Positions 19,168 to 27,833 of a stretch of 64,000 bases of DNA are shown one piece after another. Below the pieces are notes generated by a model. That model saw only the letters and a program-made list of their open reading frames with translations, made no database searches and was not told where the DNA came from. Numbering within the stretch: the stretch's first letter is position 1; every line of letters begins with the position of its first letter. The position numbers and the translations under genes were made by a program. The DNA is taken from IMG/VR virus record IMGVR_UViG_3300045988_086138. The stretch is one strand, 5' to 3'. This DNA comes from a virus.

Positions 19168-20159
19168 TGGCAGCAGATTTCGAAATATCTTCATTATCGG
19201 GAACCGGTACTGCTACTATTCGTGTAAAACCGAAAGCAGTAAATGAGGATATGGGTAATATAAAAGAACAGGTTCTCAAAGTAGTAGTTCAAGGAGTAGA
19301 AAGGGAAGTAACTCTAGTACAAAAGGCTGCACCCAAGGTAGTAGAGACTTGGGGTACTTACTTTAGTATTACTCCAGAAACTACTGCTCATACCTTTGAT
19401 GGTACGAAGAGTGGTGAAACTTTAGAGGTAGGCGTTTATAGTTATCAACAGAAGTTTATTAACAATGAGCCTCAAGATGAATACCGTGCTGTAGATTGGA
19501 AAGTTGAAAGTACAGTGGATTGGTTAACTGTTACCAAAGAGGCAGGGGAGTTAAATAAATTAGGTAAGGTAACTATAAAAACCAAATCTAATAATACAGA
19601 ATTTACAGGTAATGATGCTGACCCAATCGAAAGAATGGGAGTAATCAAAATTACTCAGAATATAGAAGCAGAGCCTACCAAAGAAATTAACATCACTCAA
19701 GGTAAGGGGGCAGTAAGTTTTCGACTTAAGGTTGATGGTAATGGTACTAATATTGGTGGGTTAATGGTTTATGAGGGTAGTAAGGATGTAGTATTAGACG
19801 TAACTATTGATAAGTGGATTAATAGTAGAACGGTTAAAACCTACCTTAATCCCATGATTAAAATACCTACTCTTGGAGAGAGAAAGACATATTCTGGTAC
19901 TTCTTCTATCGGTGGTACTTCACTTACCTATGAAGGGGAAGGTTGGGTAACTAATACCGGAGGTTTAACAAGTAATTGGTATGGTCATACTACTATCACC
20001 TGTAACTTTAAAGCTAAGAACAACAGTAAGTTTGATGAAACAGTTCAAAGGATAACTGGAGCATATCCAAAGTGGCATATAGAGGTTGACCCAAGTAGAT
20101 TACCACCGGGTTGTTCTTTAAGTGATCTCGGTACTAATGAATTTTACTTTTTTACATAA
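19167..20159 (+). CDS. BACON/Ig-like domain virion protein, related to the repeats of the 15930..18461 product
   Basis: 'GTGTATIRVKP...VTLVQKA', 'YSYQQKFINNEP', 'DWLTVTKEAG...GKVTIKTKSNNTEF...RMGVIKITQN...INITQG' share the neighbouring gene's repeat signature. Confidence 0.55.
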   Translation: MAADFEISSLSGTGTATIRVKPKAVNEDMGNIKEQVLKVVVQGVEREVTLVQKAAPKVVETWGTYFSITPETTAHTFDGTKSGETLEVGVYSYQQKFINNEPQDEYRAVDWKVESTVDWLTVTKEAGELNKLGKVTIKTKSNNTEFTGNDADPIERMGVIKITQNIEAEPTKEINITQGKGAVSFRLKVDGNGTNIGGLMVYEGSKDVVLDVTIDKWINSRTVKTYLNPMIKIPTLGERKTYSGTSSIGGTSLTYEGEGWVTNTGGLTSNWYGHTTITCNFKAKNNSKFDETVQRITGAYPKWHIEVDPSRLPPGCSLSDLGTNEFYFFT

Positions 20160-20161
20160 TT

Positions 20162-20866
20162 ATGGTAAACTCAGAAGAAGTAGTTGAGAGGACTTTTTAT
20201 ATAAGCCTTCTTAGTACAATGTTAGAAATGGGTCTTACTATAAATCCTGATGACTTCTTACCTTTGTCTCAAGAAAACGAGAAAAGGTTTCAAGAAGCCA
20301 TAAAGAATATGAAGAAGTTCATACCTTTATTTGGTATCGGGAATAATCAAGTAAAAGGACCCAAGACTCTCCCTCGAATAACCATTGAATTACAAGGTTA
20401 TTATGCTGGGGATATAGGAGTGAACAAATACATCATTGGTGATAAACTTGAGGACGGTAATTACCAAGCTTCAGAGTTTCCTTATGAAACAAAAGATATT
20501 ACCATAGATGTACACCTCGTTTCTCAAACTCAATCAGATATGAGATTATTGCATACAATCTTATATACTGGTTTGCCTGCTAGAGGATATATAAGACCTT
20601 ACTTTAATGACTTAGATGAATGGAGTAAGGGCAGGCTTGCTCCTACCGGAAATCTTTTCATTGAAGTAGGTAATTACTATGACCACCCCGATGTTGAACA
20701 TGGTATACTTGAAAAGGTATATACCTATGTATGTAAAGATGGTATTCTCCCAGAAAAACTTTTGGAAGAAGGTACACTTACACCAATCAAAGATATCTCA
20801 GTTTTCATTGGGTTGTTAGAACAAGAAGAAAAGGAAATGTTAGAGTTAAAGGTACCAAAACCATAG
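20162..20866 (+). CDS. Hypothetical protein (tail terminator/sheath-proximal by position)
   Basis: 234-aa ORF directly upstream of the sheath gene. Confidence 0.4.
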   Translation: MVNSEEVVERTFYISLLSTMLEMGLTINPDDFLPLSQENEKRFQEAIKNMKKFIPLFGIGNNQVKGPKTLPRITIELQGYYAGDIGVNKYIIGDKLEDGNYQASEFPYETKDITIDVHLVSQTQSDMRLLHTILYTGLPARGYIRPYFNDLDEWSKGRLAPTGNLFIEVGNYYDHPDVEHGILEKVYTYVCKDGILPEKLLEEGTLTPIKDISVFIGLLEQEEKEMLELKVPKP

Positions 20867-20923
20867 GTACAATACTCTAAGGTATAAATTAAACAAGTAA
20901 TTAACTTTAATCACAATAGAATT

Positions 20924-22693
20924 ATGCCAACTTCACCTCATGTTGATTTTAAGTTTAAGAACAATAACGTTCTTCAAACTACTACTATGTTAGGAGTTTC
21001 TTGTGTATTGGCTAGAACTACTAAAGGTCCATACGATGACCCTTCAGAAATCATCTCTACATTCTCTCAGTTCCAAAGAATCTACGGTTCTGAAATTGTA
21101 CCAGATGGTTCTGTATCAAATATCGAAAAGGCTTTGCAGGGTGGTTCTAAGCTTCGTGTTATTCGAGTACTCGGTAAAGGAGCTACTCAAGGTACAGTAG
21201 CTGCAACAGCAGGTAAAGCTAAGACAGTTGCTAAATCAGAAGAAGAGGGGATAGCTCCTGCTTCTGCAGTTCCAGAACCTGCTACACCGGCTGCAATTAT
21301 TACTATTGCTTCTGGTGGAACTACCTACAGTTTGGGATTAGTAACTAAAGGTTACGGTGACCCAATAGGTAGTACCGATACATTCCAAGTAGGTTTTTAT
21401 AAACAGGCTAACACCCTCTATTATAAAATCTATTCAGGTAATGGGCAGGTATTGGAACAGGGTCCGGTAGTAACTTATAAGACTGCCGATGATAACAATA
21501 ATACTTCAGTAGATTACCTTGCTCTTAGTGCTTTTGCTAAGAACTCGGAATATCTTAAACCAGTAGTCGTAGCAGGCTCATCTTTCGAGAACCTAATCAA
21601 ATGGTTAACCGAGAGTGTAGATGGTACCAAAAATGCGGTTACGGTTACTGTAGGTGGGGCTGCTCCTACTGATACCGAGAAAATGTTTACAGGTACTGTG
21701 GGTAGTGCTGGTTCTACTCCAACTGCAGACGAATGGATTGCTTCATTAGACTTGGTAAAGGATTACACTGATTTCTATCAATTATTCATTTCTCATATTT
21801 CTCAACATCTTACGGCTGATGCCGATGTACTTAAGGTATACAAAGCTGCTGGAGATATGGCAAAAGAATTGATGGAATGGGTACTCTATATCGAAGTTCC
21901 AAAACATCTTACCCATTATACTCAAGGTACTCAAGCTAGAGATTACAAAGCTCAAGTAACTTGGGTACAGACTTGCTTGGGTACAGTAGGTAATTCTAAG
22001 TACATTGCCTATTTTGGTGGTGGGCTTAAGTACTACAATGAAAACGGTAATCTTCAGGATTCAGATGTAGTGGGTACCATTGCAGGTTTGGGAGATGCTT
22101 CTGCTACTCAGTATGGGCCTTGGAAATCCTTTGCTGGTATGAACCGAGGAGTAATTGGGGATGCTGTTGGACCAGTATGCCCGAATTATGGTTCTCCTTC
22201 TCGATATAATGAACTGAACATCCTTGCTCAGAATTATATCAATGAGATGGTAATCAAAGATACACCAGATGCTGGTAAACAAACTATGCTCTGGCATTGC
22301 TTCTCCTCTCAAGTAAAACAGGATTCTGAAAGATTCCTTTCAATCGTAAGGTTGAATCTGTATCTGAAGAAATTCCTTCGCCCAGTACTTAACAAGTATT
22401 TGGAAGAACCAAACGTTTGGAGTACTTGGAAGAGAATCTGGTTGGAAGTTAAACCTACTCTGGATTCATTGGTGGATGAAGATGCCATGACAGAATATAC
22501 CTGGATGGGTGACCAAGATGCAACTTCTTGGGATGACCTTTCGGTAAATAACGAAGCAGATGCTCGTCAAGGTAAATATCGTGCTATCCTTAAGTATAAG
22601 GACGTAGTTCCTATGCAAGAGGTAACTATGGAGATTGTAATTGATGCTGCCTCTAAGTCGGTATCAGTTGTAGAAACAAGTAATAACCTATAA
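20924..22693 (+). CDS. Contractile tail sheath protein
   Basis: 589 aa. The C-terminal region 'VVGTIAGLGDASATQYGPWKSFAGMNRGVIGD...LNILAQNYINEMV...MLWHCFS' fits the sheath C-terminal pattern (AG-x-x-A...W-K-x-P-A-N...L-N-x-x-G-x-N). Followed by the tube gene. Confidence 0.8.
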   Translation: MPTSPHVDFKFKNNNVLQTTTMLGVSCVLARTTKGPYDDPSEIISTFSQFQRIYGSEIVPDGSVSNIEKALQGGSKLRVIRVLGKGATQGTVAATAGKAKTVAKSEEEGIAPASAVPEPATPAAIITIASGGTTYSLGLVTKGYGDPIGSTDTFQVGFYKQANTLYYKIYSGNGQVLEQGPVVTYKTADDNNNTSVDYLALSAFAKNSEYLKPVVVAGSSFENLIKWLTESVDGTKNAVTVTVGGAAPTDTEKMFTGTVGSAGSTPTADEWIASLDLVKDYTDFYQLFISHISQHLTADADVLKVYKAAGDMAKELMEWVLYIEVPKHLTHYTQGTQARDYKAQVTWVQTCLGTVGNSKYIAYFGGGLKYYNENGNLQDSDVVGTIAGLGDASATQYGPWKSFAGMNRGVIGDAVGPVCPNYGSPSRYNELNILAQNYINEMVIKDTPDAGKQTMLWHCFSSQVKQDSERFLSIVRLNLYLKKFLRPVLNKYLEEPNVWSTWKRIWLEVKPTLDSLVDEDAMTEYTWMGDQDATSWDDLSVNNEADARQGKYRAILKYKDVVPMQEVTMEIVIDAASKSVSVVETSNNL

Positions 22694-22704
22694 ACATTAT
22701 AACG

Positions 22705-23169
22705 ATGGGAGCAAAAGTAAAAAACCCACGGAAAAAATTCCTGTGGAGTATTATGTTTCCTAAGCACCCTATCAATACCTACCTCTTTCAAACTTGTACT
22801 TTGCCAGATGTAGAAATTGACCAGGTAGCTCATGGGGACGTTAATAGAGACGTTAAAACTGCAGGTAGGGTTACAGTAGGTAATCTAATTGTAGAGAAAC
22901 TTATGACTACTGCAGGTTCAGATACATGGCTTCATGATTGGCTTTATTCTTGCCAGGATATGATTGCTGGTGGAGGATTGGTACCAAGCCAATATTGGGA
23001 AACTGCAATTGTAAATGAACTTGCTGAAGATGGGGTATCAGTTCTTAATACCCATATCTATGAAGAGGTTTGGCCATGTAAGATAACTGGCCTTGACTTG
23101 GACAGAATGGCTTCAGAGAACACCATTGAGTCTATCGAATTCTCAGTAGGTACTGCAGACAAATATTAA
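22705..23169 (+). CDS. Tail tube protein (T4 gp19-like)
   Basis: 154 aa, immediately after the sheath. 'FQTCTLPDVEIDQV...VKTAGRVTVGNLIVEKLM...WLHDWL' matches the gp19-family pattern. Confidence 0.7.
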   Translation: MGAKVKNPRKKFLWSIMFPKHPINTYLFQTCTLPDVEIDQVAHGDVNRDVKTAGRVTVGNLIVEKLMTTAGSDTWLHDWLYSCQDMIAGGGLVPSQYWETAIVNELAEDGVSVLNTHIYEEVWPCKITGLDLDRMASENTIESIEFSVGTADKY

Positions 23170-23201
23170 TTCCTTAGTCTATTTTCACTAAGATTCGGTG
23201 G

Positions 23202-23246
23202 AGGGGTGGGATTCCTGAGATAGGATGTCTCACCCCTTTCTTGTTG
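23202..23246 (+). terminator. Structured element/terminator after the tube gene
   Basis: GC-rich stem AGGGGTG (23202-23208) / CACCCCT (23231-23237) with an internally paired loop, then TTTCTTGTT. A smaller hairpin CTTAGT/ACTAAG lies at 23173-23192. Confidence 0.5.
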
Positions 23247-23292
23247 TTACAGGGAATACTATGAACATTTGTAAACATTAAAATATTAAATT

Positions 23293-24054
23293 ATGGAATT
23301 TAGAACATTTGAATTTACCGGGCCCTCTGGTTATCTTTACGAAATCAGAGAACAGAATGGAGCTGATGAGGATATACTCAGCAACATGTCAGACATGAAG
23401 ACTTTGATGAACCTTACCAAGTTCATTGCAGCCATAGTAATCAGAACCAATGCTACTCTCACTGGTAGGTTAACTGTAGAGGATGCACTTAACCTACCAG
23501 TAAATGACCGCTATGCCATCATATTCAATTCTCGTATTTTCTCACTGGGAGATGAGGTAGAATTTGAATATGATTGGGGTAATGAAAATGGTGGTAAGGT
23601 TACTTATGGCCAAGATCTTCATGAATTCCTTTTCGATTATGGTACAGTACCTACAGAAGAGGAACTTGGTAAAAAACCAGATGCTATACCTTTCTACCCC
23701 GAGGGTGTTAAATTGGTAGACCATGAATACACCCTGACTTCAGGTAAGCATATCAAATTCGATTGCATGACCGGTAAGGGAGAACAAGCTTTCATGAAAC
23801 TCCCTATGGAAAAGCAAACTAAGAATGCCCCTCTTCTTTGCCGTAACCTTTATTTAGAGGTAGATGGGAAATGGGAGAAGGTAGAAAGCTTTATGCCATT
23901 CAGTGCAAAGGATATGGCTGAGATGAGAAAATATATACTATCTATCGACCCAGTATTCAAGGGTGATTCCCATATTACTAATCCAGTTACTGGGGAGGAA
24001 AGAACTTATCCTGTAGTATGGGCACCTAATTTTTTCTACCTGACGGAAGAGTAA
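23293..24054 (+). CDS. Tail assembly chaperone (gpG-like, zero-frame product)
   Basis: Lies between tube and tape measure. Carries a T_TTT_TTC slippery heptamer 18 nt before its stop. Confidence 0.65.
   Translation: MEFRTFEFTGPSGYLYEIREQNGADEDILSNMSDMKTLMNLTKFIAAIVIRTNATLTGRLTVEDALNLPVNDRYAIIFNSRIFSLGDEVEFEYDWGNENGGKVTYGQDLHEFLFDYGTVPTEEELGKKPDAIPFYPEGVKLVDHEYTLTSGKHIKFDCMTGKGEQAFMKLPMEKQTKNAPLLCRNLYLEVDGKWEKVESFMPFSAKDMAEMRKYILSIDPVFKGDSHITNPVTGEERTYPVVWAPNFFYLTEE
24030..24036 (+). promoter_or_regulatory. -1 programmed ribosomal frameshift slippery heptamer T TTT TTC
   Basis: Zero-frame codons AAT TTT TTC. The -1 frame has a TAA at 24027-24029 and is then open from 24030 to TGA at 24198-24200. 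Confidence 0.7.
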
Positions 24055-24200
24055 CTTTAGAGGGTGATTTTGTTTATATTACCAGAGCCGAGATAACCTT
24101 AGATTATTTCGGCTTTTTACATCTTCCGTATAGGATAAGGAAAATATTCAAGGATATGGCCGAGCAATATTATAAACAATTAAAGAAGAAAACAAGATGA
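24030..24200 (+). CDS. -1 frame extension of the tail assembly chaperone (gpGT-like product: 23293..24036 joined to 24036..24200)
   Basis: The -1 frame translated by hand gives 'FFLPDGRVTLEGDFVYITRAEITLDYFGFLHLPYRIRKIFKDMAEQYYKQLKKKTR*'. It fills the otherwise non-coding 142-nt gap and ends in an ATGA overlap with the tape measure start. Confidence 0.65.
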   Translation, partial: FFLPDGRVTLEGDFVYITRAEITLDYFGFLHLPYRIRKIFKDMAEQYYKQLKKKTR

Positions 24201-26140
24201 TAAATACCAGTAGGAGTGTAATAGAGGTCGGTGTTGCCATGGTTTTAAGAGACCGATTCTCTCAGGAAGCAGGTAAGATATCTGGGTCATTTAGAACTAT
24301 GATGAATGACATGACTACCTGGAATAGAGGTATTCAGATGTCAGCTTCCAATACAATGGACTTCGGGATGCAACTTGTGGGGGGAATGGCAAGGGCCTAT
24401 AAATACTCTGCGGGTGTTCAGAATGAAGTTTGGACTGCTTCGAAGATTGCTGGTGCTACCATTGCAGAACAAAGAGAAATGTTACAATTGGCAAAGGATG
24501 TCAATGAGATAACCCCTCTTACTGCTTCAGATGTTGCATCAGGACAAAGATACTTGGCTATGGCCGGTAATAAATTCGATGCTATTAAGGAAATGATTGG
24601 GCCAGCCTCTAAGCTGGCTTCAATCTTTACTATGCCAGTGGGACAGAAAGGTGGTGTAGCTGACTTGATGACTAACATTATGTCAATGTACCAAATCCCA
24701 ATGACAGAAGCCGCTAGAGTAACCGATGATTTATATACTGCTGTTACTAATGCAAATATATCTTTAACAGACTTAGCCCAGTCCATATCCTATGCAGGAG
24801 CAGATATGGCAACTGCTGGAGTAGACCTTCGGCAAACGGCTGCTGCTATTGGTGTATTAGGTGATATGGGTATACAAGGTTCTATGGCAGGTACTTCACT
24901 GGCTAATATGATACGTTATTTACAACTATCCCTTGTTAACCAAAAAAAGAAAGGCTATAACGCTTTAGCAGACTTAGGCTTAAGTCCCGATGAATTCTTC
25001 GATGCTAAAGGTAACCTTATAGACCTTTACACTATCTATCAGAAGTTTGCTAAGGCTGCAGTAGATTTGCCTTCACGAATTGAAACCCCAACATTCTTCA
25101 ATATCTTTGGAGTTCGTGGTAATAGAGGTATGCTCCCAGTACTTAGGGATATTGCTTCTGGTAGAGATAAGATGGGTAAGATACTTGCAACCTATAATCA
25201 GAATATGGGTGCAGTAAATAGACTCAATGAAGAAAGACTTAAAACTGATGCCGGTGTAATCGACCAATGGCAATCCGGTCTAGAGAACTTAACAGTTACT
25301 GCAGGTGCAGCACTTGGTAGAGTATTTACACCAGTACTTCAATTTGGTACCCGGTTAGTCGATATAATTAACTCAGTATCAGAAACTTGGGCAGGAGGGT
25401 TTGCTCTTAGAGTTGTAGCAACTGGTGTAGTAGTGGGTACTATAGTAGCAGGTTTTAAAACTCTAAGAGGTATAATGCAAATGACCTCTTACCTTCAAAC
25501 TTTAACTACCAGAGAATCCAATGGTATGTCAGCAGCGGCCATAAAGACCAATACCCAATTTGCCATCATGGAAGCACACATGGTAAGTATGGTTAACCTT
25601 ATGAGAACTATGGTACAACTACAGATGATGATGGGTGGTGTTGGTATGAACAGTAAGGGTAGATTCTATAATTCAAAAACTGGTAGATTTGTTAAGACTC
25701 CTAATCCTGGTGTACCTTTAGCTACTACTATGGGTGCTAGTTTAATTGGTGGAGCAGTAGGTCAAAATATGGCAAACACTGGAGGTCAGATAATTAGACA
25801 AGGAACTGCAAAAGGGCTAGCTTCAATTGGTGGTCGTCTTTTGGGATTCTTAGGTGGACCTATTGGAATTGGTATTACAGTACTTCTTCCTTTATTAATC
25901 GAGGGTATTAGTTATCTTAGCAATTCGGTAGATAGGAATACTGATGCTCAAAATAATAAAGAAGATGACCCATTAACTATGAGGGCTCAGAATGAGGAAA
26001 GATTCCTTAATGCCATGAGAGCTGCCATTAGAGATGGTTTAAGAGATGGTAAGATTGGTATCACAATCGATGGTCAATCTGCTGGAGATTATACCCTTGG
26101 TAGTCAACAGGATTATACTGGAGTAGTATTAGGATTATAA
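24197..26140 (+). CDS. Tail tape measure protein
   Basis: 647 aa, directly after the chaperone frameshift pair. Helical N-terminal part and Gly/Met/Ala-rich hydrophobic C-terminal segments. Confidence 0.8.
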   Translation: MINTSRSVIEVGVAMVLRDRFSQEAGKISGSFRTMMNDMTTWNRGIQMSASNTMDFGMQLVGGMARAYKYSAGVQNEVWTASKIAGATIAEQREMLQLAKDVNEITPLTASDVASGQRYLAMAGNKFDAIKEMIGPASKLASIFTMPVGQKGGVADLMTNIMSMYQIPMTEAARVTDDLYTAVTNANISLTDLAQSISYAGADMATAGVDLRQTAAAIGVLGDMGIQGSMAGTSLANMIRYLQLSLVNQKKKGYNALADLGLSPDEFFDAKGNLIDLYTIYQKFAKAAVDLPSRIETPTFFNIFGVRGNRGMLPVLRDIASGRDKMGKILATYNQNMGAVNRLNEERLKTDAGVIDQWQSGLENLTVTAGAALGRVFTPVLQFGTRLVDIINSVSETWAGGFALRVVATGVVVGTIVAGFKTLRGIMQMTSYLQTLTTRESNGMSAAAIKTNTQFAIMEAHMVSMVNLMRTMVQLQMMMGGVGMNSKGRFYNSKTGRFVKTPNPGVPLATTMGASLIGGAVGQNMANTGGQIIRQGTAKGLASIGGRLLGFLGGPIGIGITVLLPLLIEGISYLSNSVDRNTDAQNNKEDDPLTMRAQNEERFLNAMRAAIRDGLRDGKIGITIDGQSAGDYTLGSQQDYTGVVLGL

Positions 26141-26151
26141 ACTAAAATATT

Positions 26152-27069
26152 ATGGCTAGAGTATTAAATAAAGCAACAGGTAAGGTTGTTGAAAAGTACA
26201 ATGATCTTACACGAGATACTTCTGGTGTTCTTACTGGCCCATTAAATAAATTATGGAGAGCTCGAATATTATTAAATCGAGCTATATCCACTCTCCCCAA
26301 AGATGATGCTTTAAAAGGTAAAGCCTATGACCCTAATGGGGTTTTAGGGGAATCTCAGATATCATCTAAGAACCCCATCTTAAATAAACAACTCCAGGCT
26401 AAATGGAGAATGGAATTGCAATTCCCAAGGATGGAGGAAGGAGAAGGTATAGACCCAGCAAAGGGCAATAAGAATACTACTAATTATCGAAACTTCGAGG
26501 TAAAGGCAGATATTAGATATCAGAATGAAGTACGGATATATAATATGTCTGCTAATCCAACTCAATATATTACTTTACAGAATAGACCTCCAGAATTGGA
26601 TTTCAGAGGGGAAACTACATGGGCAACCATTAAATCTATGGGACGTAATACACCCATGTATCACTTTACTGGTGCCGAAGATATTATTCAATTTAATGTA
26701 TCTTGGTACTGCAATGACCCAGAGAATCCCGAAGAGGTAGTAAATAAATGCAGGTTACTAGAGGCATGGACTAAGGCAAACGGTTATCAGACTGCTCCAC
26801 CGATTATTCAAATCGAATGGGGAGAATCAGGTTTATTCGAGAACCATTACTACATCCTTACTTCTGCAACCTATACTCTGAAGAATTTCCAGAACGGTTA
26901 TAGGATAAGGGTTCCTGGTAAACCTGCTACATTTGGTAATGGTAAGTTATTACCTGCAGCTGCTACTCAAGAATTAATTTTCAAGAGAGTAAGTGCATAC
27001 AACTTATCCTATGGAGATTTTATAAATTCTGATTCACTTAAAAAGACGGAGGGCATTAAATATGATTGA
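26152..27069 (+). CDS. Baseplate-proximal tail protein (possible tube-initiator/tube-like fold)
   Basis: 305 aa, between the tape measure and the LysM protein. No specific motif; positional assignment. Confidence 0.3.
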   Translation: MARVLNKATGKVVEKYNDLTRDTSGVLTGPLNKLWRARILLNRAISTLPKDDALKGKAYDPNGVLGESQISSKNPILNKQLQAKWRMELQFPRMEEGEGIDPAKGNKNTTNYRNFEVKADIRYQNEVRIYNMSANPTQYITLQNRPPELDFRGETTWATIKSMGRNTPMYHFTGAEDIIQFNVSWYCNDPENPEEVVNKCRLLEAWTKANGYQTAPPIIQIEWGESGLFENHYYILTSATYTLKNFQNGYRIRVPGKPATFGNGKLLPAAATQELIFKRVSAYNLSYGDFINSDSLKKTEGIKYD

Positions 27070-27352
27070 TACAACTCAGTATTTAGTAGGTGCGAGTCCC
27101 TATAACCAAGCCTACGTTTTAAACTATGGCGATGGCGATTATTCTTTAGAGGCTGTTCAAACCTCAGTACCTTCATCATCCGATGATATACAACATACGG
27201 TAAAGGATGGAGAGACTCTACAGAATATTGCTTATAGGTATTATGGTGATTCTGGTAAGTGGTATCTTATAGCTGAGGCTAATGGTATACTAAATCCATT
27301 TAAGGAATTAGAAAGTGGAACCCTTATAAAAATCCCAGTATATGCCGGCTAA
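27062..27352 (+). CDS. LysM-domain tail protein (P2 gpX-like)
   Basis: 'HTVKDGETLQNIAYRYYGDSGKWYLIAEANGILNPFKELESGTLIKIP' is a clear LysM motif. 96 aa, in the P2 gpX position. Confidence 0.8.
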   Translation: MIDTTQYLVGASPYNQAYVLNYGDGDYSLEAVQTSVPSSSDDIQHTVKDGETLQNIAYRYYGDSGKWYLIAEANGILNPFKELESGTLIKIPVYAG

Positions 27353-27833
27353 ACAAAAACCCATATTATATAATGGAATGGGCCAACCATATTTGGCTCT
27401 TTTCGATTTTAAAGGAATGTCCATTAAGAATCCTCTTACGGGCATTCCTCTTGGAGCGTATATAAGTACCTGGAGTTATAGATATGATGAAGAGAAAGAG
27501 AATTTAGCAACCATTACTTTTGATACTGGTAATCCTGATACCGTAGATATAGAGGCTTTACAAGAAGGGCAGAATATATGCCTTCAGTGGGGTTACATAT
27601 ATCCAGACGGTTCATTTGTTTCTGGTCCAATTAAAGTAATCAAAGTAAGAGATTTCGATGCTAAGTTTGATTCTACTGGTACTCATATAACTATAAAGTG
27701 TATTGATTCTACGGGGGATTTAAGGTATCAACCATCTTATAATTTTTCTGAGATGGAGGGATATAAGTTATCTACCTTCTTAGACAATGGCTGTGATAAT
27801 TCTGTAGGTGTAATCATAGAAATATTTCAATAA
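27342..27833 (+). CDS. Baseplate hub-associated protein (possibly the N-terminal portion of a split gpD/gp27-like hub)
   Basis: 163 aa, overlapping both neighbours. Positional assignment. Confidence 0.3.
   Translation: MPAKQKPILYNGMGQPYLALFDFKGMSIKNPLTGIPLGAYISTWSYRYDEEKENLATITFDTGNPDTVDIEALQEGQNICLQWGYIYPDGSFVSGPIKVIKVRDFDAKFDSTGTHITIKCIDSTGDLRYQPSYNFSEMEGYKLSTFLDNGCDNSVGVIIEIFQ

Noticed and set aside
24086-24114. Hairpin AGCCGA...TCGGCT as a frameshift stimulator for the chaperone slippery site
   Set aside because: It lies about 50 nt downstream of the heptamer, too far for a canonical stimulatory structure. The frameshift call rests on the heptamer and the frame architecture instead.
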